From NCBI GenBank assembly GCA_964016885.1, contig OZ024741.1, forward strand, positions 292,392,001 through 292,456,000: 64,000 bases of DNA, in the 5' to 3' direction. Shown one piece after another: positions 54,706-64,000 of this stretch. The position numbers were made by a program, and so were the translations under genes. A model generated the notes under the pieces. That model saw only the letters and a program-made list of their open reading frames with translations, was not told where the DNA came from and made no database searches. The stretch is from Eledone cirrhosa (taxonomy: Eukaryota). Numbering within the stretch: the first letter of the stretch is position 1; the number at the start of each line of letters is the position of its first letter.

Positions 54706-55229
54706 AGCTGTTCAAATTAGGAATACCTTAATGTGTTAATGGTCTCTGCTTTTCCCTATACAAGACCCCTGTCCCACATCATTTGATTAAATTGTGCTAT
54801 ATTTTCCTCTTAATTTATTTTTCCTTTGGTTTCCTAAATCAAATCTCATTTTCTTATTTTGATATGTATGTCTGTTTTTGGAGCAGGTGATATCTATGTA
54901 AGTGTGGGATGTGTGTCAAGAAGGATCTGTAACTAAAAGATGGTATGTGAATGAGTGTGTATGGTAATAATAAAATGTGTGTATGTGTGTATAGTGGGGG
55001 GAGGGGGCGTGCTGGGCAGGAAGAAACTGGGACACAGAGGAGGTATGTAGGTGGGTGACTTCATGGTTGGTGGTGAAACTAAAGTAAAAATTCTCCTTAA
55101 CATTGATGATGATAAATTAAATTCTTTATCAGAAGACTTTTTTTTTATTATTTATAATAAATTTTTCCTCCACTCTAAGAATCTGAAGAATCATTTCAAA
55201 AGGAAGTTTTAAGTGGTTAATGTTATAGG

Positions 55230-55890
55230 TAATGATCCATCTTGTAGGAATAATGGAGTGGTGAGAGATGTGGGTGGTGGCAGTGGTGTTTGTGATGGTG
55301 GTAGTGTTTGTGATGGTAGTATTGATGATTGTCGTAGTGGTGTTTGTGGTGATGTCTATAGTGGTGGTGGTGGTGGTGATGGTAGTGATGATGATTATAG
55401 TAGTGCTTATGATGATGTCGGTAGTGATGGTGGTGGTGATGGTAGTGATGAAGATTGTGGTAGTGGTTGTAGTGGTGCTTGTAGTGATGACTGTAGTGAT
55501 GGTGGTGGTGTTATGATAGTAATAATGATTGTAGTCATGGTTGTAGTGGTGCTTGTGGTAATGTCTGTAATGATGGTGTTGGTTGTGATGTTATTAATGA
55601 TGATTGTAGTAGTGGTTGTAGTAATGGTACTGGTGGTATTTGTGATGGGAGTAATGATGATTGTGGTAGTAGTGGTTGTGGTTATCTCTGTAGTGATGGT
55701 GGTGGTGTGGTGGTAGTAATGATGATTGTGATAGTGGTTGTAATGATGATTGCTGTAGTGATGGTGGTGTTTGTGATGGTAGAGGTAGTGTGGTGATAAT
55801 GACTGTGGTAGTGGTGTTGGTAGTATCATGATGATAATAGTGGTAGTGTTGGTGACAGTGGTTCTGCTATTAGTGATAGTGGTGGTTGTA
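55230..55890. repeat. (GTG/GAT/GTA)n low-complexity tract
   Basis: Directly visible. Confidence 0.9.
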
Positions 55891-56404
55891 GTGGAAGGAT
55901 TGTTCTAAATCTATTTAAATTTGACAGAACTAATAGAATAGGATAGATATAAAAAAGAAAAAGAAAACAGAATCAAATGATAGAATAATGATCATAAGAA
56001 CGTAAGTATGAGCGATAAATTGATTACCAAGTTAAGATATAAAAAGGAGATAAGAAATACTGCTTAAGACAATAGAATCAGAGCAGGGGTTGTGGTGGAA
56101 CGTTGATAAATCTTCAGCGCCTTCCTTCTTTCATCCACTCCCAACACCACCTATGCAAAAAAGAAAATTACAAAAGATGAAATCAATTTCCGTTCTCTTT
56201 ACTTTGCGGAAGTACACCAGTCGGAAATGTAATTAGCAGGTGTCAAAATAAAGATAAAGAAAGTAAAGAGAGAAACAAAATTTTAAGAAGTTGATGAAGA
56301 AGAAAATAAACTTTCTTTTAAAAATAAAAAAAATCTTATTCCCTGAGATACTAACTCTTTAATTAAGCTCCCAGTTTCCCTTCATTTCAGCACTAGCACA
56401 ACAA

Positions 56405-56471
56405 AACATGACCTCTATCAAAACAACCAGGAACCACCAAGAGGAACTCCATCAATACTAACACCATCACC

Positions 56472-56508
<37 letters not shown>

Positions 56509-56580
56509 CAGTTAACATGACCTCCATTAAAGCAACCAGGTACCACCAACAGGAACTCCATCAATACTAACACCATCACC

Positions 56581-56617
<37 letters not shown>

Positions 56618-56745
56618 CAGTTAACATGACCTCCATCAAAGCAACCAGGTACCACCAACAGGAACTCCATCAATACTAACACCATCACCACCACCACCAC
56701 CACCAACAACAACAACAATAACACAGTTAACATGACCTCCATCAA
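56405..56745. repeat. 109-bp tandem repeat x3
   Basis: aacatgacctc recurs at 56405, 56514, 56623 and 56729. Confidence 0.9.
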
Positions 56746-58827
56746 TACTATTACCACCAGCACCAACATAACCTCCATCAAGACCAGCATTAACATCACC
56801 TCCATCAATATGATATCCATTGCAACACTAATTCTATCATCATTACTGCCATCAACAACCTTAACATCAACACCAATGCTACGAATATGACTTCCAGTTC
56901 AGTACTAATATCAACAATAATATGAACACTACCAACACCATCAATATCCTTACCACTACCACTACAACAACAGCAACAACAAACTATACGACCACCAAAT
57001 GCTACTACAACAATTGAAACACTGCAATACACCACTATCAACAACAACTATAAAAACAATATGAATAAATAAATGAATATGCTAATACTGCAAATTTTCA
57101 CAACTGTCCTCTAGATACTATAAACACTTGAATTTACTATTCCATATTTATATATTTTTTGCTACATCATTAAGTTAAAGGTGTTAAGAGTGAAGCCATT
57201 TTGAGTGGTTCATTCACTTATCAAAGTGTTTCTCTTGTCTAGATATCCCTGGGTTAGAGAAAAGGTCAGTATTTCTGGGAGAGAGACAAGTAGTACAAGG
57301 AATTGCAAAGAACATCAGCAATGCTAGCTTCAAAAGACCCCCCAACCTCCACCTCACCCAGCTCCATTTGTAGGTTTGATGGATATTGACTCCTTCATCC
57401 ACACTTTTAGACAATATTGTTTTTGTCTTGTCAGGGTGTCTATCTACCCGGAGGTATAACTAGGGAAAATAGTACCCATGATAAGCAGCAAAATTGCACA
57501 CCTGCCCAAACATGATACTTATCCTTTAGATAACCATAAAATCAGCTTCAAAATACCAATTGTATTCGTTCATTTTTTAATTGGAAATAATACAGAAAAA
57601 TTAAACTGCATCTTCCTTGCTTTTACTTATGTTAACTTGTCTATAATTGGTAAAAGTGATTCCCCTCCCCTTCAAGTGCTGTCCATGGCACATGCCATGC
57701 TTGCCATACACTAGTTATGACTGTATATCTACTCTCCACACACACCAAGGTGAGACCCTAAAGTGGTTGACCATTTAGTCAATGATAGGTCAATTAAGCA
57801 TGTATGTACACAAACACATATATTTAGTAGTATCTAAGACTAGATTCCTTAATGTTCTGTTGGTTTCTATTTGAAGATGGGTTTGATTTGAGGGAGGTTT
57901 GGCTGCTCTTTTCAGTTGGTTGAGTGACCACATTAGCTCAGACAGTTGAGCCTCAGTTCAATTCTGATAGAGCTGACCTATGGTCACATGCATTCTCGTC
58001 AAATAATCGTGTTCTTGTTTTATATGTATATTTATGTACTGTATATACTTGAATATAAGCAAATCTGAATATGTCTGAGAAATAGGTGAAAATCTAGATG
58101 CCATTTATAAACTGAGGCAGCTAAGCAACACATTGTTTGATGGTGTATATAAGCCACCCTCCCATTTTACCATAGATTTTTGGGTCACCTATTCATAGGA
58201 TTATATTTGTGTAAATACAGTATATAGAATTAAATAATCTATTTTGTTCAACCTTTTAAAGACAACAGGGAGTCATTCAAGGCTGCTATTTCTAGCATGT
58301 TACATAACACAGAGGCTCCTTTGCTAAAGTTGTGACACTACCTGTTGTTGGTAGTGGTAGAGTTTTTTGAAGATGCTGATGATGACGATGGTGATTATGA
58401 TGAGGAGTTATATTAAATGTTTGATCATAATGATGTGAATAATGATTGTGATAGTGGTCTTGGTGAAAATGATGATGATAAAAATTATTGGGAATTTATG
58501 ATTAGAAGAGAATGATAATGATGATGGTGAGAGCAATGATGCCAAAAATGGTGTTGCTGCCGATGGTGATAATGAAGAATGCAAGAAAAAATATAATCAA
58601 AAGCAAGAATAAATATCACAATAAAATAACAACAAAAATCAATAGAAAATGAACAAAAAAGAAGAGCAAGAATAAGAGCTATATTATAATACCTGTAATT
58701 CTTTGGTTCGGTGTTAATATTTGGTGAGAATAATGATAATTAGTTTGCTGGAAGAATTGTAGCCAAGTGGTTTAGAATTGGATCTCAGACAAATGTAATT
58801 ATTGTTATTAATACAAATCTAGGGAAT

Positions 58828-60060
58828 GGTGGTGGTGGTGGTGGTGTGGTTGTGGTAGAGGTGGGTAATAGGATAATTGTGGTGGTGGTGATGTGGTTGT
58901 GGTAGAGGTGGGTAATAGGGTGAACTGATGGTTGGGGTGGTATTAGGGGTGATGGTGGTGGTGGTGATGTGGTTTTGGTAGAGGTGGGTAATAGGGTGAA
59001 CTGATGGTTGGGGTGGTATTAGGGGTGATGGTGGTGGTGGTGATGTGGTTGTGGTAGAGGTGGGTAATAGGGTGAACTGATGGTTGGGGTGGTATTAGGG
59101 GTGATGGTGGTGGTGGTGGTGATGTGGTTGTGGTAGAGGTGGGTAATAGGATAATTGTGGTGGTGGTGATGTGGTTGTGGTAGAGGTGGGTAATAGGATA
59201 ATTGTGGTGGTGGTGATGTGGTTGTGGTAGAGGTGGGTAATAGGGTGAACTGATGGTTGGGGTGGTATTAGGGGTGATGGTGGTGGTGGTGATGTGGTTT
59301 TGGTAGAGGTGGGTAATAGGGTGAACTGATGGTTGGGGTGATAATAGTGGTGGTGGTAGTAGGGTAATTATGGTAGAGGTAGTTAATAGGGTGAACTGAT
59401 GGTTGGGGTGGTATTAGTGGTGATGGTGGTGGTGGTGATGTGGTTGTGGTAGAGGTGGGTAATAGGGTGGACTGATGGTTGGGGTGGTATTAGTGGTGAT
59501 GGTGGTGGTGGTGGTGATGTGGTTGTGGTAGAGGTGGGTAATAGGGTGGACTGATGGTTGGGGTGGTATTAGTGGTGATGGTGGTGGTGGTGGTGATGTG
59601 GTTGTGGTAGAGGTGGGTAATAGGGTGGACTGATGGTTGGGGTGGTATCAGTGGTGATGGTGGTGGTGGTGGTGATGTGGTTGTGGTAGAGGTGAGTAAT
59701 AGGGTGGACTGATGGTTGGGGTGGTATTAAGGGTGATGGTGGTGGTGGTGATGTGGTTGTGGTAGAGGTGGGTAATAGGGTGGACTGATGGTTGGGGTGG
59801 TATCAGTGGTGATGGTGGTGGTGGTGGTGATGTGGTTGTGGTAGAGGTGAGTAATAGTGTGGACTGATGGTTGGGGTGGTATTAGGGGTGATGGTGGTGA
59901 TGGGGGTAGTTGTGGGGTAGTTGTCGTAGAGGTAGTTAATAGGGTGGGCTGATGGTTGGGGTAATAATAGTGGTGGTGGTAGTAGGGTAATTATGGTAGA
60001 GGTAGTTAATAGGTTGGACTGATGGTTGGAGTGGTATCAGTGGTGGCAGTAGTGGTGGGG
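58828..60060. repeat. G-rich minisatellite (~70-bp unit with ~40-bp variants)
   Basis: Unit ggtggtggtgatgtggttgtggtagaggtgggtaatagggtgaactgatggttggggtggtattaggggtgat. Confidence 0.9.
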
Positions 60061-60169
60061 TGTGCAGTTGTGGTAGAGGGCTAACAGGGGGGGGGGGTGA
60101 CGGGTGGAGTGATATAAATGGTGGTTTGGTGGTGGTGGGGTGGTTGGGGTGAAATTAGTGTTGGTGGTG

Positions 60170-60685
60170 GTGGAGCAGTTATGGTAGAGGCGGGTAGTTG
60201 GGTGGAGTCATGATGGTGGTGGTGGGGCAGTTGTGGTAGAAGAGGCTAGTTGGGTGGAGTCATGATGGGGCAGTTGTGGTAGAGGAGGGTAGTTGGGTGG
60301 AGTCATGATGGTGGTGGTGGGGAAGTTGTGGTAGAGTCGGGTAGTTGTGTGGAGTGGAGTGGTGGTGGTGGGGCAGTTGTGGTAGAGGAGGGTAGTTGGG
60401 TGGAGTCATGATGGTGGTGGTGGGGAAGTTGTGGTAGAGTCGGGTAGTTGTGTGGAGTGGAGTGGTGGTGGTGGGGCAGTTGTGGTAGAGGAGGGTAGTT
60501 GGGTGGAGTCATGATGGTGGTGGTGGAGCAGTTATGGTAGAGTCGGGTAGTTGTGTGGAGTGGAGTGGTGGTGGTGGGGCAGTTGTGGTAGAGGAGGGTA
60601 GTTGGGTGGAGTCATGATGGTGGTGGTGGGGCAGTTGTGGTAGAGGAGGGTAGTTGTGTGGAGTGGAGTGGTGGTGGTGGTGGTT
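60170..60685. repeat. G-rich minisatellite with a 103-bp dimeric higher-order unit
   Basis: The ggtagagtcggg variant recurs at ~60328, 60431 and 60534, alternating with a ggtagaggaggg variant. Confidence 0.85.
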
Positions 60686-61787
60686 TTCGAAATGTTGTGG
60701 TGGGTGGAAATGAGAGTGATGGTAGTGCCAATGGTGGTGCTGCTCATTGTTGGAGGAGGTGTGTGTGTATAAGGAGAGTGGTAGATGTGGTAGTGATTGG
60801 TGTGGGAAGAAATGTGAAAGAATGGTGGTAATGGTGGTGGGAGTCATTGCGGTGCTGGATCAGGTGAAACAGAAAAATAGGAAAGTTATCTTCATTGCAA
60901 TTACAGAAACACTTTGTGTGTGTGTGTGTTTCAGTGTTTAAAGGACAATGACCATTCTGCAATTTATATGTTAATGTGTGTATATATGTACACATACTTA
61001 AATATGAGAGTGTGTATAAATATGTGAGCACTTATATATATATATATATGCCTGTGAGTGTATTTACATGTATGTGTGTGTATGTATATAGGTGTGTGTG
61101 TATGATGTATGAATATAGCTCACACATATATCACATTTATTCCATTTTCTATCATCAGTATATCAATATATATTATTAATGAAGTCAAGAAAATGGTGTT
61201 ATGAAACATTTGTTAACAGAAAGTATATGCATGCCTGCATATATATATATATATATATATACACATACACATATAAACATACACACACATAAATATATAT
61301 ATATATATATATACACATACATATAAGTATATATATATATATGTACACCAACACATAATTATATATAGCAACTAGTATATCGGCTAACGTATATGAACAT
61401 AGCCTAATATACCTAATATAGATGGAGAGAAAAACAGCTACCAAGAAAAACTAAAATAAAAACGGCCTGTTGTATTTCATATTGGTGTGCATAAGTGCAT
61501 GTAGGTGTGTATTGAAATATGTGCTTTTTTGGTGTGAATGTATGTGTTACCTCAATGCCTATACTTCAATTAACACCCATGTAGACATTTTTTAATCAAT
61601 TGCTATCACAACTTTTAATTACCACAATAATAGAAAGATTAAATAAATATAGAAAAAATGAATGCCATTTATGTGTGTGAGTGTATGTATGAAAATGAAT
61701 ATATATAAATATATATATATAGTAATAATAAAGGCGAAGACTTATGGATACCTATTATCATCACCTAACATATATATATATATATAT

Positions 61788-62280
61788 GCAAAAGTTCTAT
61801 TTAAAATTGTTGGGATACAACAAGTAAATATTTTTATAACTGATATAAAGCACTCAACAAGTATTTGGAGTAGATATACGATATTAATAAATTGAAACTA
61901 TATTTATAAAATCATATTTATTTCATTATACATATTTCAGGGATACCAAATTAAATTATGGTATACCTTCATCAGACAAAATACAATATATAACAGTTTT
62001 ACAAATAAGCTTTGACGTACCCTTTTAAAATGCAACCATTATTTTTGGAAGCCATCCTTAACACTAAGACTTATTAAAATAATATAAACAATTCACTATC
62101 CAGATGGCTTCCAAAAATAATGGTTGCATTTTAAAAGGGAACGTCAAAGCTTATTTGTAAAACTGTTATATATTGTATTTTGTCTGATGAAGGCATACCA
62201 TAATTTAATTTGGTATCCCTGAAATATGTATAATGAAATAAATATGGTTTTATAAATATAGTTTCAATTTATTAATATCG
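61788..62280 (-). mobile_element. Non-coding fold-back PLE related to the 46-50 kb element
   Basis: 178-bp arms 61879-62056 and 62103-62280; 46-nt spacer; 91-nt extension starting gcaaaagtt; (TA)n flanks; alignable to 46131-46400. Confidence 0.85.
62176..62240 (+). ncRNA. Minimal hammerhead ribozyme (mirror copy 61919-61983 on minus strand)
   Basis: Stem I tattttgt/atgaaata; CTGATGA 62184-90; stem II aggcatacca/tggtatccct; GAAA 62221-24; AUA^ after 62232. Confidence 0.75.
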
Positions 62281-62734
62281 TATATATATATATATGTATA
62301 TATATATATGTCCCACCCTTGCAAGCAGGGAGAAGCGGACGTAAAATGATGATGATGATGATGATATATATATATATTAATATTTCACCATCATTGTTTA
62401 ACGTCCATTTTCCACGTGTCTGTGTATATATATATATGTGCGGCAACACTCATCTTTTTCCATTTCTCCGAGGGTTATAAACCCCACTATCAGGCTAGAA
62501 ATTTCTTTAGTCTAAAATACGGTGAAAGCTTATAATTTCTAATTTCTAATATATATATATATATATTTGTGTGTTTATATATATATGTATGTATATAGTT
62601 AGATGTATGTATATTTATATATATATACATAGATGTATGTATATTTATATCTATCTATCTATCTATATATATATATATGTAGATTTAAAACTGCACTATC
62701 CACAAGTGTTTTTAACCTTCATATCATGTCCTCC

Positions 62735-62805
62735 TATTTTATCTGATGAAAACACAAATGTTATTGCATGATGATATTTGTTTTTGAAATGCGCATAATA
62801 AAATA
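62735..62805 (+). ncRNA. Minimal type I hammerhead ribozyme, copy 3 (element ~62682-62845)
   Basis: Same as 11979-12049 except one A>G change in stem II, which leaves a G.U pair. Confidence 0.8.
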
Positions 62806-62855
62806 CATGGAACTCATTTAACCATCTTTTGATCTTATATATTATATATATATAT

Positions 62856-62906
<51 letters not shown>

Positions 62907-63385
62907 TTACATATAACCACCTAAAGACAGGCAACATTTTAATCCCTCTTACATTCTGGAGATATCAGTGTATGTGTGTATTTATATATATGTGTCTGTC
63001 TGTGGACTTGGCATGGTTGAATGGATAAGAAGTTTACTTTACAATTATAAGGTTCTAGATTTGACCCTACTGTGTACCGTTTTTGTCATGACAGTGAAAT
63101 TGTGTGGACAAACCTATGCAGATATCTGTAGGATGGATTGCAGCTGTAATTCAAGGGTCATACCTTGTCACATATTGATCATGATGTGTTGGCCTGGGAA
63201 TTATATAAAGGGAAAATTTGTGTATGGAATACTCAACCATGCATGCAATAATGCAAGTGGAATGTTCAGTCAATCATAAAAGTGAATGTTTATCATTGAA
63301 ACCAACAGAAGATGCATTGCCATGTGTATGTGTGCATGTGTGTATGCATGTGTGTGTATACATGCATCTTTGTGTGTATGCAGGC

Positions 63386-63418
<33 letters not shown>

Positions 63419-64000
63419 CATGCATGCATGTATGTGTGTATATATATATATATAAATATATGTACACACACACACGTGTGTGTATGTGTGTACATATATT
63501 ATTGACAGATAACTTTGGTAAATTTCAAATTTTATTTCCTTATTTTATTTATAATTACCTTTTCTCATTATCGCAATTAATATTTCATTATCATTAATAC
63601 AATTAGCATTTATATTTTCATTATGAGTTGAATATTATTCTTTTTTTTATTGTTTTATATTCGTATATTATATTTCCAAATATACATCCAACCAGTATTG
63701 ATATGGCTGTTACTCATTCCAGAAGCATGATATATTTTGGCTTTGTTGAAGAGTAACGATGCCAATTTTATGCAATCATCAGAGAGCATGGTTTGCAGCA
63801 TAGTTACAGCCCTTTATTGAAATCCTGCCAAGCTTAGATTTGTTTTTTATTTGACCATGACTTCTTGTTTTTAATAATAATAAGGAAAATGATTGTATAC
63901 AGTGCTCAGTTGCACTACAACTCATCAAAGGTGCATGCATAGTACATAGAATAATTGTTTCTAATTTTGGCACAATGCCAGCAATTACCTCAATGTATTA

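Noticed and set aside
62480-62530. Possible further hammerhead relic (ggctagaaa..tttagtct hairpin)
   Set aside because: Both conserved core segments are missing; too degraded to support.

Overview
AT-rich, microsatellite-dense animal DNA. The SINE families and repeat style suggest a coleoid cephalopod such as Octopus; this is inference, not a database result. No intact host CDS is evident, so the window looks like intergenic DNA or one very large intron filled with transposon debris. Main elements: a near-full-length but disrupted RTE LINE with three C-terminal zinc fingers (7.5-11.7 kb); an L1/Tx1-like 3' fragment; a CR1/Jockey-group RT relic; an internally deleted mariner with abnormally long TIRs; a non-autonomous Helitron; hAT, piggyBac and Tc1 MITEs; and many SINEs. 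The most notable system is a set of Penelope-like elements (PLEs) carrying minimal type I hammerhead ribozymes, nearly all sitting in (TA)n tracts. It includes a 4.1 kb RT + GIY-YIG element with ~1 kb inverted pseudo-LTRs and a 0.5 kb non-coding fold-back relative with the same ~90 nt end offset. It also includes a three-copy short family with an intact-looking hammerhead and several decayed hammerhead relics. A strong recursive-splice-site-like motif (Yn-CAG|GTAAGT) followed by a 133-nt candidate exon lies at 51.9 kb. Boundaries of degenerate repeats are approximate.
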